Source: Acidobacteriota bacterium
GTDB lineage: Bacteria; Acidobacteriota; UBA6911; RPQK01; JACQSY01
Reading direction: 5' to 3'
NCBI GenBank assembly: GCA_016211085.1
Contig: JACQSY010000039.1
Location: 3,129-67,128, forward strand
Length of the DNA: 64,000 nucleotides
Position 1 is the stretch's first letter, and the number at the start of each line of letters is the position of its first letter. Positions 46,775 to 57,636 of the stretch are shown here, one piece after another. A model generated the notes under the pieces. The model saw only the letters and a program-made list of their open reading frames with translations. It was not told the origin of the DNA and searched no databases. A program made the translations under genes and the position numbers.

Positions 46775-47125
46775 ATGACGATGAATGAGAACTCTCGCCT
46801 GAAGACGCTGCAAGGGAGATTAAGTAAGAATCCACAGGACATATTCTCCTGGTATGGATTGGCAATGGAATACAAATCCCAGGGCAGGTTTGCCGAGGCG
46901 ATTGAAGCTTTTAAAAATCTGATCGAGCGCGACCCACATTATTGCGCTGCTTATTACCAGTATGGTGCTGCTCTGGCGGAAGCGGGCGACCATTCTGAAG
47001 CAGAGCAGGTGTTGAACGCTGGGATCCAGGTGGCGGAGAAAAAAGGCGACTGGCATACGGTAAGCGAGCTGCAGGCCGCTTTAAGCCAGCTTCACGACCA
47101 ACGTTCTTGGCCGAACAGTCCATGA
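46775..47125 (+). CDS. Small tetratricopeptide-repeat protein
   Basis: 116 aa with TPR-like helices (WYGLAMEYKSQGRFAEAIEAFKNLIERDPHY...). Confidence 0.6.
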   Translation: MTMNENSRLKTLQGRLSKNPQDIFSWYGLAMEYKSQGRFAEAIEAFKNLIERDPHYCAAYYQYGAALAEAGDHSEAEQVLNAGIQVAEKKGDWHTVSELQAALSQLHDQRSWPNSP

Positions 47126-47670
47126 AATCTAGACTTCTTTACACGGATACATTGTCTGCGATTCGTCATGCCACACCGGCCGACCTGCCGAGGCTTATTG
47201 AGCTCGAGCAGGTCTGCTTTGAAAGCGACCGTTTTACCCTGAAGCAGTACCGTCAGCTCATTGGCCGTAGAAGGGCTGAGGTCGTGGTGTACGAAAGCGC
47301 CGGTAAAGTAGTGGGTTCTGCGACGATCTTGTTGAATCGCAGGGTCGGCGGCGCCCGTTTGTATAACCTGAACGTTCATCCTGATTTTCAGAGAAGGGGC
47401 ATCGGAAAAGCACTCTTGCGGTGGACGGTTGAACACGCGGCTTCGGCCCGGTGTGATTGGGTCAGCCTGGAAGTCAAAGTGAACAATCCTGTTGCTCTGA
47501 GCTTATACAAGAAATTCGGCTTTGAGACCATTCAGCGCCTGTGTCGATTTTATGAGGATGAATCTGATGCTTTTCGAATGGTCCTTTCGCTGGGTGATTC
47601 CAAGGAAAGCAGGAAAAGGGCCAAATGTATATTTGAGAATATCCCTGCTGGAACTATTTTCCCGATTTAG
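47122..47670 (+). CDS. GNAT-family N-acetyltransferase (RimI-like)
   Basis: Acetyl-CoA motif QRRGIGKALL. Start moved to the ATG forming an ATGA overlap with the TPR gene stop. Confidence 0.8.
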   Translation: MKSRLLYTDTLSAIRHATPADLPRLIELEQVCFESDRFTLKQYRQLIGRRRAEVVVYESAGKVVGSATILLNRRVGGARLYNLNVHPDFQRRGIGKALLRWTVEHAASARCDWVSLEVKVNNPVALSLYKKFGFETIQRLCRFYEDESDAFRMVLSLGDSKESRKRAKCIFENIPAGTIFPI

Positions 47671-47832
47671 CATCCCCCGACATAAATAAGCACGGTTGCG
47701 GCCGAACCCTTTGGTGCCCGTCGTCGCCGACGGCTTATATGCGACTCCTCACCGCTTCGCGATTTTCGCACGCAAGCCCCACCGGCAAAATCCGACGTAC
47801 TTCGGAGACGGCCCAGTAAAGGAGCACAAGAG

Positions 47833-48684
47833 TCAACGCTCCCCCCATTTCAGCTTTTTCCTGAGCACGTCAAAAAAGCTTTTCTCTCCCGGAATTATCA
47901 AATTGATATTGTATTCTGAGCGCGTGCACACCACCGCATCTCCCTCACGCAGCGGTAAACCGATCTGACCATCAAGCGTCAGCATGACATCATCCCCGGA
48001 TCTTAGTACTACTTGAATGCGGCTTTCCGCGGGAACCACCACCGGTCTATTGGTGAGCGTATGGGGACATATGGGAGTAATGACCGTGGATTCAATAGAT
48101 GGGAACAAGATAGGCCCACCAGCGGAAAGGGAGTAAGCAGTTGAACCGGTAGGGGTAGAAATAATGAGCCCATCTGCCAGGAATTGTGCGACAAAGTTGT
48201 CATCAACGAAGGTGTCCATGGCAATGATCCGAGCCAACGCCCCCTTATTTATGACGGCGTCATTGAGGACGTGATGGTATTCGGGTGCCTTGCCGTTCTT
48301 TCGCACCTCAACCTTCAGCATCCCTCGCCGATTGACCCGATGCTCCCCCCCGATGATACGCTCCAGAGCGGGGTACAGCTCTTCCAGGGTGACTTCGGTG
48401 AGGAATCCCAGTGATCCAAGATTGACGGCAAGCAAGGGCGTGGTTGCATCGCGCATCAGCCGGGCAACGGAAAGAATGGTACCGTCGCCGCCGAACACGA
48501 TGAGGATATCTGCCTCTCGGGGAAGGGACTCGCGATCAGCCACTGGGCATTTTAAGCCGAAGCTGTCGGCTGTTCCCCGTTCGATGACCACCTGACAGTC
48601 ACGATTCTGGAGCCAGGCGACCGCTTCCCGGAGTTTTCCCGCAAACTCTTTTTTGTGGGTCTTGGCAATAATTCCGAATTTCAA
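47833..48684 (-). CDS. nadK: NAD kinase
   Basis: GGDGTILS motif, ...STPTGSTAYSLSAGGPI.... TTG start per track. Confidence 0.9.
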   Translation of the reverse strand: MKFGIIAKTHKKEFAGKLREAVAWLQNRDCQVVIERGTADSFGLKCPVADRESLPREADILIVFGGDGTILSVARLMRDATTPLLAVNLGSLGFLTEVTLEELYPALERIIGGEHRVNRRGMLKVEVRKNGKAPEYHHVLNDAVINKGALARIIAMDTFVDDNFVAQFLADGLIISTPTGSTAYSLSAGGPILFPSIESTVITPICPHTLTNRPVVVPAESRIQVVLRSGDDVMLTLDGQIGLPLREGDAVVCTRSEYNINLIIPGEKSFFDVLRKKLKWGER

Positions 48685-48714
48685 AGGATGAGGTCCTGGC
48701 CTGCAGATCGAGTT

Positions 48715-48987
48715 TCAGTTCTTTTCCGATCGAGAGAACGCCTCCTTACACTGGTCAGAACAAAAATACAGCGTCTCCCCTTTGTGACGAAGTGGAACAG
48801 CCAGATTCTGGGCGACGTAAATACCGCATTGCGGGTCCTTAAAAGTCTTGCCCTCAATAGTGCGGGTCGGCCCACGCCTATAAGTGCTACGCCACCCGCT
48901 TCGAATTACTCTGGGTGCACCGAAGATTCTTGACAGGATGAACCTAAGAAGAATCAGAAACAAAAGAAAGAGAAGGAAGCGAGTCAT
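48715..48987 (-). CDS. Membrane-anchored YHS/TRASH-domain metal-binding protein
   Basis: N-terminal TM helix, then CGIYV....A.....G.TLYFCSDQCKEAF. Confidence 0.65.
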   Translation of the reverse strand: MTRFLLFLLFLILLRFILSRIFGAPRVIRSGWRSTYRRGPTRTIEGKTFKDPQCGIYVAQNLAVPLRHKGETLYFCSDQCKEAFSRSEKN

Positions 48988-48989
48988 GG

Positions 48990-49580
48990 CTACGACTGCT
49001 TTTTCAGACGTGAGCGCGCGTCCTGAATCTGTTTTTGAATATCTTCCTTATGGGGATAGTCAGGATGCTCCTTTAAAAGCTTCTCCCAGCTTTGGATGGC
49101 ATCGGCGAATCTTTCTGCTGCAAAGAATGCAAATCCCAAATTTTGAAGAGTTTGTGGATGGTCAGGCTGGATTTCCAGAGATTTCTGGTACATCTCAATC
49201 GCTTTTCCAGCGTTTCCCGTGTACAGGTAAGAGGTGCCGAGATCCGTGCGCACATTTACATTGCTTTGGTCGAGAGCTAACGCCTGTTCATACCATGTGA
49301 TGGCGGCGTCAAAACGTCCCATGTCGTAATAGATATTGCCCAGGGTAATTCGAACTTCCTTGTTCTGTGGCTCTTTTTCGGTTTGTGCCAGAAGTTGTCG
49401 AACCTGTTCCATGACCTCCGGCGGCGGATGGTTCTCGGGCATCTGGGAACTTTCGCCAGCCTTGCCCGTCGCCGGTGAAGATGCCGATTGTGGCTGGTTC
49501 ACCACGAGCGAAACAAAGAATCCAAGAATAAAGCCGACCACAACTCCAACAATTCCGGTGACGATCTGCTTATTCTCCAT
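48990..49580 (-). CDS. Membrane-anchored tetratricopeptide-repeat protein
   Basis: Start moved to MENKQIVTGIVGVVVGFILGFFV (TM helix), which removes the overlap with the divergent HEAT-repeat gene. Followed by 3-4 TPR units. Confidence 0.6.
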   Translation of the reverse strand: MENKQIVTGIVGVVVGFILGFFVSLVVNQPQSASSPATGKAGESSQMPENHPPPEVMEQVRQLLAQTEKEPQNKEVRITLGNIYYDMGRFDAAITWYEQALALDQSNVNVRTDLGTSYLYTGNAGKAIEMYQKSLEIQPDHPQTLQNLGFAFFAAERFADAIQSWEKLLKEHPDYPHKEDIQKQIQDARSRLKKQS

Positions 49581-49648
49581 AAGTGCTCTTATGTTATCAT
49601 ACCGCCTTGACTGCGTATCCCGGGGGTAAAGTTGGTCATCTACGGACA

Positions 49649-50353
49649 ATGTACCGCGGCAAGGACATCCAGAATCGGGAAAAACTGATTGAAACCTGCT
49701 TACGGATTCTCCAGAGCGGTAATCAAAGAGAGCTGCATAAAGTTCTTCCCCATATCAGCATCATTCGATCTCCGCTGTTTGTAACACCCCTTCTTCAGCT
49801 CCTGAAGACAGGAGACCGCAACCAAAAGGAACTGGCTGCGCTGGCGCTGGGTAGTTTAGAAGATGTGGCCTGCATCGGGCCCCTCTACGAAGTTTTTATG
49901 GAAAACGCTTCCAGTGTGGGAGGCGGCAGCAATTACTCTTTGCAGGCAGCGATTATCGCGGCACTCGGAGAGATCGGAAACGATGCTGCGATTGAGCCAC
50001 TGCTTCAAATTTATCATCTGCACCCGAAGGAAGACCGGTTCGGACTCCGTCGAAAAAAGCTAGTGATTTCTGCTCTAGGAGCGCTGGCGCAACAGGGAAG
50101 CAAGAAAGCCGAAGAAGCGTTATCTGTTTTCATGGAAGAAAAGAATGCGTCATTAAGGGCTCACGCACTCGGTGAACTCTCAGTTGCTTACTGGCACCGG
50201 CCCAACAAGATCCCGCAAGGCGTGCTTGACCGGATAGCCGCCCTCGCCGAAGAACGCTCCCGCGAAGTTAGAGAAGCGGCGCTGTCGGCTCTCTCCAATC
50301 TTGCTGACCTGGGGTGTAGCAGAGCCGAGCGACTCTTTCAGGCGGAAGAGTGA
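49649..50353 (+). CDS. HEAT/PBS-lyase-like repeat protein
   Basis: Start at MYRGKDIQ.... Repeated ...A..ALG.IG...AI.PL... helices. Confidence 0.55.
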   Translation: MYRGKDIQNREKLIETCLRILQSGNQRELHKVLPHISIIRSPLFVTPLLQLLKTGDRNQKELAALALGSLEDVACIGPLYEVFMENASSVGGGSNYSLQAAIIAALGEIGNDAAIEPLLQIYHLHPKEDRFGLRRKKLVISALGALAQQGSKKAEEALSVFMEEKNASLRAHALGELSVAYWHRPNKIPQGVLDRIAALAEERSREVREAALSALSNLADLGCSRAERLFQAEE

Positions 50354-50497
50354 AGCTCTTTTGTGAAGCGGTCTCCCCTCGGAGACGCCAGAAGCCTCAA
50401 CGCTGAACACGCTTTATTTCAGCAGGTTCGCAATCCTTTGGCTCCTCGCCCCTCTGATCAGGCACACCTCCGACAACTCTTGAATCGAATCGGAGAT

Positions 50498-51475
50498 TCA
50501 GTTCGCTGAAAGTTGCTTGATCAGCTCCTTGGCAACTTCAGCATCGCCGCCGGTCGGCGAAAGTTCCAGAAACTTCTTGAGGTGATCGATCCCTTCTGCC
50601 ATCTTGTTTACGCCTATGAGGGTGACACCGAGCTGGTAATGGGCTTGTGGATGTAAAGGGTCTGCAGCCAGGGCTTTTTCAAGAGCTTCAATGGCTTCAT
50701 TGCTCTTCCCGGAATTAATGTAGGTCACTCCCATGTTGTAGTAGTTATTTGCCGCATCCTTGGGATTGGTGGTGGCGCTCATGCTGGCAGCTTTTTCGAA
50801 GGTTTCTTTAGCCTTCTCCACCTCGCCCATCTCTGCGTAGACATTACCCAGATTCTGATAAAGGGCAGGGTCGTCGGTCTTCAAGGTTAGAGCCTTGTTA
50901 AAGGCTTCAATGGCCTCATTGTATTGCTTGATCTTGGCATGCGCCTGGCCGAGGTTGGCCCAGATGTACGGCTGATCTTCGGCCTGCGCCAGCGCTTGCT
51001 TGTAGGAATCTACCGCTTCCTGATATTTGCCTTCGTTAAAGAGTTGCAAACCTACCTCAAAGACCTTTCTTGCCTCAGCCAGCTTCTTGGCCGCCTCTGC
51101 CTGCTTTTGTTTTTGCTCTTCGGTGGCGCCGGCTTGTCCTCTCCTCAAAACCAGGTTTACTCCCCGGCTGGTTGCGTCGTTGCGGGTGGATGGCGTGACT
51201 CCGTCAACAATATCCCCCAAACCATCCTTCTGGGCTGAGACACGGTAGCGCCCTTGAAGGCTTATTCCACCATGGAAAAATTTGCCGTCTTTGTCTGTCT
51301 TTACTTCGTATGACTTCGAAGAATCCAATCCCTGTATGCGTACCACAACGTCTTTAACCGGGTTTCCCTGCTCATCTTTAACTTCTCCCCGAATGGTTCC
51401 TACCTGTGCAAAGGCGGAGGAGCCAACCAAGAATAGCAGGAATGCTAAAACCATATATTTCCTCAACAATTTCAT
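50498..51475 (-). CDS. Secreted CarboxypepD_reg-like domain + TPR protein
   Basis: Signal peptide. N-terminal GTIRGEVKDEQGNPVKDVVVRI (carboxypeptidase-regulatory-like beta-sandwich). C-terminal TPR array. Confidence 0.65.
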   Translation of the reverse strand: MKLLRKYMVLAFLLFLVGSSAFAQVGTIRGEVKDEQGNPVKDVVVRIQGLDSSKSYEVKTDKDGKFFHGGISLQGRYRVSAQKDGLGDIVDGVTPSTRNDATSRGVNLVLRRGQAGATEEQKQKQAEAAKKLAEARKVFEVGLQLFNEGKYQEAVDSYKQALAQAEDQPYIWANLGQAHAKIKQYNEAIEAFNKALTLKTDDPALYQNLGNVYAEMGEVEKAKETFEKAASMSATTNPKDAANNYYNMGVTYINSGKSNEAIEALEKALAADPLHPQAHYQLGVTLIGVNKMAEGIDHLKKFLELSPTGGDAEVAKELIKQLSAN

Positions 51476-51494
51476 AAAGCTCTCCTTAACAGTA

Positions 51495-53423
51495 CTAATG
51501 CGACTTGTCTCTCATAAAGAAATTTTTTAGGTCTTCAATATTATCGGTTAGAGGGCAGTTTGGCAAGCTTCGGAGGAACAATGGTCCGTAGCTTCGCCGA
51601 TGTAATCTACTATCGAAGATGGCTAGGATTCCGCGGTCTTGCCGTGAGCGAATCAACCTTCCTAGGCCCTGCTTGAGATTGATGATCGCTTCGGGGAGCA
51701 CATAACTTAAGAAGGAATTCTGACCCAGACGTTCCAGTCGGCTCAGGCGAGCCGCCGCCACCGGTTCGGTGGGTACCAGAAAAGGAAGCTTGTCAACAAT
51801 GACAGCTCGAAGCGCATCCCCCTGAACATCAACACCTTGCCAAAAGCTCGCGGTGGCGCAGAGAATCGCGTTGGGGGTGGTCTTAAAGAGCTCTAGGAGC
51901 TGAGTCTTGGGCTGATCTCCCTGCCTGAAAACGGGATACGGGAGACCGTCGACGAGCGAATCATAAACGCGGTTCATCTGCTGAGTGCTGGTAAATAGAA
52001 GAAAAGCATGTCCTTCCGTGATTTCCAGGATTCTTCTAATCTCGGACAAGATGCGGGGAAAATACCCCGGGGTGCCCGGCTCCGGTAGGTGCGCCGGCAG
52101 ATATAAGATGGTCTGGGTTGCGTAATCGAACTCGCTGGGGACCATCAGTTCGTCAGAATCGTCGAGTCCCAGACGCCCCCGAAGGTAATTAAAATCTTGC
52201 CCGGTCGTCAGCGTGGCTGACGTGAGAATAACACTGTCGGTCCGCTTGAAAAGCTTCTCGCGCAGGATTTCGGCCACATCAATAGGAGTCATATGCAGGA
52301 AGACACCGCGGCCCCGGCGTTCAAACCAATAAATATTTTCCGGCTCCTCGGTAAAGATTTCCTGTATGCTGCTGACCAATTGCTCCAGTCTTCGCGAAAT
52401 GGCGTCTGCTTCCAAACCACCCTGTTGCAATAGACGGTAGAGGAGAGCTTCTAGTGAGGATTTCAACCGGGACGCCTGATTGGCTATTCCTGACCTGATA
52501 TCAACAATTTCTCCGTCGGACGCGCGAAAGTAATTGAGAGAGTGCCGCCCTTCCTGAAGAGGTAACAGCGCAAACAATTCCTGTGCGGCGTGTTCAATCC
52601 TTTGCACGTCCTGCTGCTGGTCTGAGGATGCTGCAAAGGTTTTCCAAAAATCCCGGCAAAATTCTTCGATTTGATAGTTACTGAGCTGCCTACCAAAGTG
52701 ACTAGTGGCAATATCCTCAATTTCGTGACCTTCGTCCAGAATCAGCACGGAATAGTCAGGGAGTATCTTTCCGATCTCGTCGGTTTGCAAAGCCAAGTGT
52801 GAAAACAACAGGGAGTGATTCACGATGATGATATTGGCCTCCAGAGCCTGGCGTCTCATTTGAGTGATATAGCACTGCTCGAATTGGGGACACTTCTGGC
52901 CGACGCAATGCTCACTCCTTGCGTCGATATCCTTCCAGAGGGGTTCCTCATCTCGTAACCATGAGACTTCTGACCGGTCTCCGGTCCTGGTTCCACTGAC
53001 CCAAGAGAAGAGATTTGCCATCAGTTGCGCTTCTGCATCGGACATGTGGAGCGAAGTTTTTTGTTCCATGAAGCGCTTCAAGCAGAGGTAGTTTTGCCTG
53101 CCCTTCATGCAACTGGCAGCAAGCTGGGGGAAGAGGTGTTGTTTAACAAAAGGGATGTCTTTATAGAACAGCTGTTCCTGGAGATTCCTGGTGGCCGTGG
53201 AAATCACCACACGCTTACAGCTGAACAGAGCCGGAATCAGATACGCCAGAGTCTTGCCGGTTCCGGTGCCTGCCTCCACACAAAGGTGCCTCCGCTGCTC
53301 AATCGCGCGGAGCACCGCTTTAGCCATTGTCAACTGGGATGGACGGTATTCGTAATGAGGAAGCCTGGAATGAAGGATCCCTTTGGGCGAAAAAATTTCG
53401 TCGAGGTTAAGGCTTGGCTTCAC
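51495..53423 (-). CDS. DinG/Rad3(XPD)-family ATP-dependent DNA helicase
   Basis: Walker A VEAGTGTGKT, DEGH box (LILDEGHEIED), and Fe-S cluster cysteines between them (C..C...CVGQKCPQFEQC). GTG start. Confidence 0.85.
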   Translation of the reverse strand: MKPSLNLDEIFSPKGILHSRLPHYEYRPSQLTMAKAVLRAIEQRRHLCVEAGTGTGKTLAYLIPALFSCKRVVISTATRNLQEQLFYKDIPFVKQHLFPQLAASCMKGRQNYLCLKRFMEQKTSLHMSDAEAQLMANLFSWVSGTRTGDRSEVSWLRDEEPLWKDIDARSEHCVGQKCPQFEQCYITQMRRQALEANIIIVNHSLLFSHLALQTDEIGKILPDYSVLILDEGHEIEDIATSHFGRQLSNYQIEEFCRDFWKTFAASSDQQQDVQRIEHAAQELFALLPLQEGRHSLNYFRASDGEIVDIRSGIANQASRLKSSLEALLYRLLQQGGLEADAISRRLEQLVSSIQEIFTEEPENIYWFERRGRGVFLHMTPIDVAEILREKLFKRTDSVILTSATLTTGQDFNYLRGRLGLDDSDELMVPSEFDYATQTILYLPAHLPEPGTPGYFPRILSEIRRILEITEGHAFLLFTSTQQMNRVYDSLVDGLPYPVFRQGDQPKTQLLELFKTTPNAILCATASFWQGVDVQGDALRAVIVDKLPFLVPTEPVAAARLSRLERLGQNSFLSYVLPEAIINLKQGLGRLIRSRQDRGILAIFDSRLHRRSYGPLFLRSLPNCPLTDNIEDLKNFFMRDKSH

Positions 53424-53434
53424 CTACTCGGTTT

Positions 53435-54721
53435 CTAGACCGCCGTGGATTCCAGACGACGTGCGTACAAAGGAAATTTTCCCGTGACAGTGCGGACTTC
53501 TTTTCTCACCTGTTCCTGAACCGTTTCGTCTTCGATTCGCAGCAGCACGCGGCTGATCCATTCGGCAATTTGGCGCATTTCCGGTTCCTTTAAGCCACGG
53601 GTGGTTACAGCAGGCGTTCCGATTCTGATCCCGCTGGTTATCAAAGGAGGATGTCTGTCAAAAGGAATCGTGTTCTTATTAACGGTAATGGAAGCTTTTT
53701 CCAAAGCCTCTTCCGCCTGCTTCCCAGTGAGTCCCTTGGAAAAAACATCTACTAAAAAGAGATGGTTGTCGGTGCCGCCGGAGACAATTCTAAAATCTTT
53801 TTGAGCCAGGGCAGATGACAGCGCGCAGGCATTCAAGACAATTTGCTTCTGGTAAAGCCGGAAATCCTCGGTCATTGCTTCCTTAAAACAGACTGCTTTA
53901 GCGGCGATGATGTGCACCAATGGCCCACCCTGGACACCGGGGAAAACTACTTTATCGAGTATTTTTTTGTGTTCCTCCTTGCACATGACCATTCCGCCGC
54001 GGGGGCCCCGGAGTGTCTTGTGGGTGGTTGAGGTAACGAAATCGGCATATGGAACAGGATTGGGGTGCAGTCCGGCTGCAACCAGTCCGGCGATGTGGGC
54101 AATGTCCACCATAAGGTAAGCGTTGGCGCTCTTGGCAATTTCGGAAAGTAGATCAAATCGAAAGGTACGGCTGTAGGCGCTGGCTCCTGCCACAATCATT
54201 TCGGGCCGTTCCGCCCGGGCGAGGTCCGCCAGAGCATCGTAGTCAATTTGCTCCGTTTCTTGACTGACTCCGTAGGGCACCACTCGGAAGTATTTTCCGG
54301 AAAAATTAAGGGGGTGGCCGTGGGTAAGGTGGCCGCCATGCGAAAGGTTCATGCCGAGAATCGTGTCTCCCGGAGAAAGGGCAGCCATGTACACGCTCAT
54401 GTTGGCCTGGCTGCCTGAGTGGGCCTGGACGTTCACGTGATCAGCGCCAAAAAGGGCCTTCGCTCGCTCCATAGCCAGGCTTTCCACGACATCCGCAAAC
54501 TGGCAGCCGCCGTAATATCTTCTCCCAGGGTATCCTTCAGCGTACTTGTTGGTGAACACTGAGCCCATGGCCTCAAGGACAGCCTCGCTGACGAAGTTTT
54601 CGGAAGCAATCAGCTCTAAAGTTTCGTACTGGCGTCTGGTTTCAAGGGAAATAGCTTCAGCAACTTCAGGGTCGACTTCGCGAAGGCTTTGTTCCATTGG
54701 ATTAGAGCGGTCGTTGGTCAT
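53435..54721 (-). CDS. glyA: Serine hydroxymethyltransferase
   Basis: LELIASENF and the PLP-lysine context [14 protein letters not shown]. The track start (54799) would overlap proS, so I use 54721. The ATG at 54697 is an equally possible start. Confidence 0.9.
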   Translation of the reverse strand: MTNDRSNPMEQSLREVDPEVAEAISLETRRQYETLELIASENFVSEAVLEAMGSVFTNKYAEGYPGRRYYGGCQFADVVESLAMERAKALFGADHVNVQAHSGSQANMSVYMAALSPGDTILGMNLSHGGHLTHGHPLNFSGKYFRVVPYGVSQETEQIDYDALADLARAERPEMIVAGASAYSRTFRFDLLSEIAKSANAYLMVDIAHIAGLVAAGLHPNPVPYADFVTSTTHKTLRGPRGGMVMCKEEHKKILDKVVFPGVQGGPLVHIIAAKAVCFKEAMTEDFRLYQKQIVLNACALSSALAQKDFRIVSGGTDNHLFLVDVFSKGLTGKQAEEALEKASITVNKNTIPFDRHPPLITSGIRIGTPAVTTRGLKEPEMRQIAEWISRVLLRIEDETVQEQVRKEVRTVTGKFPLYARRLESTAV

Positions 54722-54786
54722 GCTCAGGCGGTCGAATGGTAGCTTACTTGACTTGCCCCGGTCAAACGGATAAAAAGACCGTCCTG

Positions 54787-56484
54787 ATGCGCTGGTCACA
54801 GCTCTTTATTCCCACCCTAAGGGAGGTTCCGGCTGAAGCGGAAGTCGTCTCTCACCAGCTTTTGTTGCGTGCGGGTTTTATTCGCCAACTAGGGGCCGGA
54901 ATCTATTCGTATCTGCCGCTTGCTCGCCGCACTCTTCAAAAAATCGAACGAATTATCAGAGAAGAGATGGAGCGGATTGGCGCCCAGGAATTTTATTTGC
55001 CGGCGCTCCACCCGGCCGAATTATGGCAGGAAACCGGGAGATGGACGGAAATGGGCGATAACATGTTCCGACTCAAGGACCGCACAGGGCGAGAGCTTTG
55101 TCTCGGGATGACTCATGAAGAAGTGTTTACCTCTATTGCCCGCAATGAACTGCGCTCCTATCGCGACCTTCCTCAGCTCTGGTATCAGATTCAGGTGAAA
55201 TTCAGGGACGAGCCGCGTCCCAAGGCAGGCTTGCTGCGTGTTCGCCAGTTCACGATGAAGGACTCCTACAGTTTTGACTTGGACGCCAACGGGTTGGAAA
55301 AAAGTTATCGGTTGCACGAACAGGCATACCGCCGGATCTTTGATCGTTGCGGCCTGGAGTACACGGTGGTTCAGGCTGAGTCAGGGGCTATGGGTGGCAG
55401 CGAGTCAGAGGAATTCATGGTGCGTACGGATGCGGGTGAGGACATGGTAGTGAGTTGCGCCTGTGGCTACGCTGCGAACCTGGAGCGAGCCGTGTCGTGC
55501 TTGGTTCCAATCACCGATGACCCCGCTGAGAGATCACCCGAACTGGTCCATACACCTCAACAAAAGACTATTCAGGAGGTCAGCGAGTTCCTCAAGGTGC
55601 CTAAATCAAGACAAATCAAATCGCTGGTTTATGTAGTAGAGAGCAAGCCCGCATTAATCCTGATGCGGGGGGATCATCAACTCAATGAATCAAAACTCTC
55701 CCGCGCCATGGAGACTGACCAATTCCGCCCGGCGACCCCTGATGAAATTCGGGACCTGTTTGGGGCGGATCCAGGCAGCCTTGGTCCTGTGGGAATGCAA
55801 GGCAAAGGTGTCGCAATTATCGCGGATCTTTCCCTCCAGAATCGCAGGAATCTTATTTGCGGGGCCAATCGCGACCACTACCACTTGCTTAACGTCACAG
55901 CTGGAATAGATTTCACCGCCGCCTTTTACGATTTGAGGAGGGTGGAGGCAGCCGACCCATGTTCGTGCTGTGGGCGGCCATTGGATATTTTCAAGGCTTT
56001 GGAAGTGGGGCACATTTTCAAGCTGGGCTATAAATACAGCCGTTCCATGAAGGCCACCGTGCTCGATCCCGAAGGCAAGGAGGTTCCCATCATTATGGGG
56101 AGTTATGGTATAGGGCTGGAACGAATCATGGCTGCTGCAGTCGAGCTTTATCACGACGAAGCCGGGATCGTTTGGCCGCGCTCCATCGCCCCTTTTCAGG
56201 TTTTGATCACTTTGCTGGGAACACAGGAAAATCAGAAACAATTGGCGAAGAGAATCTATGACGCTTTGAACCAAATGGGTATCGATTGTCTGCTGGACGA
56301 CCGTGATGAACGTCCCGGCGTCAAATTTAAAGATGCTGAACTGATCGGGGTCCCTGTCCGTGTCACCATTGGTAAGAAATTTGAGCAGGGGAAGGTTGAG
56401 ATATTTTGCAGAAGTCAGAGGGAGTTAAGAGAAGTGGATGCGGATGAAGCGTTGCTTGAAATAATTCGGGCTCTTGGAGATTGA
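54787..56484 (+). CDS. proS: Proline--tRNA ligase (bacterial type with editing insertion)
   Basis: Start [15 protein letters not shown]. Class II motif 2 [22 protein letters not shown]-terminal anticodon-binding domain. Confidence 0.93.
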   Translation: MRWSQLFIPTLREVPAEAEVVSHQLLLRAGFIRQLGAGIYSYLPLARRTLQKIERIIREEMERIGAQEFYLPALHPAELWQETGRWTEMGDNMFRLKDRTGRELCLGMTHEEVFTSIARNELRSYRDLPQLWYQIQVKFRDEPRPKAGLLRVRQFTMKDSYSFDLDANGLEKSYRLHEQAYRRIFDRCGLEYTVVQAESGAMGGSESEEFMVRTDAGEDMVVSCACGYAANLERAVSCLVPITDDPAERSPELVHTPQQKTIQEVSEFLKVPKSRQIKSLVYVVESKPALILMRGDHQLNESKLSRAMETDQFRPATPDEIRDLFGADPGSLGPVGMQGKGVAIIADLSLQNRRNLICGANRDHYHLLNVTAGIDFTAAFYDLRRVEAADPCSCCGRPLDIFKALEVGHIFKLGYKYSRSMKATVLDPEGKEVPIIMGSYGIGLERIMAAAVELYHDEAGIVWPRSIAPFQVLITLLGTQENQKQLAKRIYDALNQMGIDCLLDDRDERPGVKFKDAELIGVPVRVTIGKKFEQGKVEIFCRSQRELREVDADEALLEIIRALGD

Positions 56485-56545
56485 ACTGAAAGATGGCCTC
56501 TTTCAGGCGGCATCTCGCAGGCCTTAACCGTCCTTGATAAAAAGT

Positions 56546-57295
56546 TTAGCGCCCACGCGCCGCGTTTCGGGTTCCAATCAGGTCGGCAATATTACGGCGT
56601 CTTTCCCTCAACGAAGGGTGTGAAGAGAAAAAGCCGCTGGCACCGCGCTGGCTGGAGCGCTCGAGTCTCTCCAGAAATGTCAACATCCCCATAGGGTTGA
56701 AGCCACTGTGCCGCATGAGTTGAACCCCGAGTCGATCGGCTGCGCGCTCGGCATCCCGACTGTATTTAAAGAAGATTCCGCCGCCGACCATCTGGCCGGC
56801 GAGATTTGCAATCTGCCCTCCGGTTCCTCGTCCAACCAGAAGGTCGAGAATTCCCAACCCTAAACCGATCCGCTGCGCTCTCTGGAGCTGTTCGACGCTG
56901 TGGCGCAGGGTGACATGTGAGATTTCGTGGGCCAGTACACCAGCAACTTCGCTGTCGCTGCGCGCCGTATCCAGGACTCCACGATTGAGGAAAATGTGGC
57001 CGCCGGGTAAAGCGAAAGCATTGATTTCATCCCGATCCAGAACGGTGAAATGATAGGGGATGTTCCGTCCTGAATTCCGTGCCAGCCTCTGTCCCAGGCG
57101 GTTCACGTAATTTTGCGCAGCACGATTGCGTAACACCGGATGGGTTCGAAGTACTTCTTGTGCGGCTTCCCGGCCGAGTTCGATTTCCTGTGTTTCGCTG
57201 AGGCGCTGAAATTGGCCATGAAGCGGTTGACAAGCAGGAGCGCCAACGGCCACAAGAGTAAACAAAATGTATTGCGGAAGATATCGACTTCTCAT
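56546..57295 (-). CDS. M48-family zinc metallopeptidase (secreted/periplasmic)
   Basis: Signal peptide and HEISHV (HExxH) motif. Confidence 0.8.
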   Translation of the reverse strand: MRSRYLPQYILFTLVAVGAPACQPLHGQFQRLSETQEIELGREAAQEVLRTHPVLRNRAAQNYVNRLGQRLARNSGRNIPYHFTVLDRDEINAFALPGGHIFLNRGVLDTARSDSEVAGVLAHEISHVTLRHSVEQLQRAQRIGLGLGILDLLVGRGTGGQIANLAGQMVGGGIFFKYSRDAERAADRLGVQLMRHSGFNPMGMLTFLERLERSSQRGASGFFSSHPSLRERRRNIADLIGTRNAARGR

Positions 57296-57472
57296 AATGA
57301 ATTCTGTCTTACCTTCAAGACGATCAGTGCATGCAAAAAGTTGTAATCAACGCTTGAAAAACCAAAAAAGGTAAAAATTCCCGCGCGGCGGGGGAGTTAC
57401 CCGGAGGTGATTTGTCGTTCTTTCTGCTGCTAAACCTTTGAATTTATGAGAGCAGATCCATGGGGGCGGCAC

Positions 57473-57487
57473 TGGCACGCCGGTTGC
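57473..57487 (+). promoter_or_regulatory. sigma54 (-24/-12) promoter candidate P3: TGGCAC-GCCGG-TTGC
   Basis: Reads cacTGGCACgccggTTGCCtga on the plus strand, 150 nt upstream of the OmpA-family gene start. Matches the consensus TGGCAC-N5-TTGC. Confidence 0.7.
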
Positions 57488-57636
57488 CTGATGAAGAGCC
57501 GTCGCTCCACCAAGGAGCGAAAAAGGGAAACCGCAGGTGGGGAACATTTCATCCCACCTCTCCCCCAGGTTTAGGAATGCAACCGCCTGCGGTTTCAAAG
57601 TCTAGAGAAATAAGATTCTTTTAAGGAGTAAGCGAA

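Noticed and set aside
54748-54776. TTGACT-17-TAAAAA as a proS promoter in the glyA-proS divergent gap
   Set aside because: The -10 candidate ends only 10 nt before the proS ATG, leaving no room for a leader or ribosome-binding site, and the hexamer is weak. I do not annotate it.
57406-57413. A shared 8-mer GGTGATTT upstream of both P3 (57406) and P4 (61889), considered as a common activator binding site
   Set aside because: A single shared 8-mer between two ~150-bp regions on either strand is about what chance predicts (order of 0.5-1 expected). There is no dyad symmetry. The TGTGACGTTACA near-palindrome at 61869-61880 has no counterpart upstream of P3.
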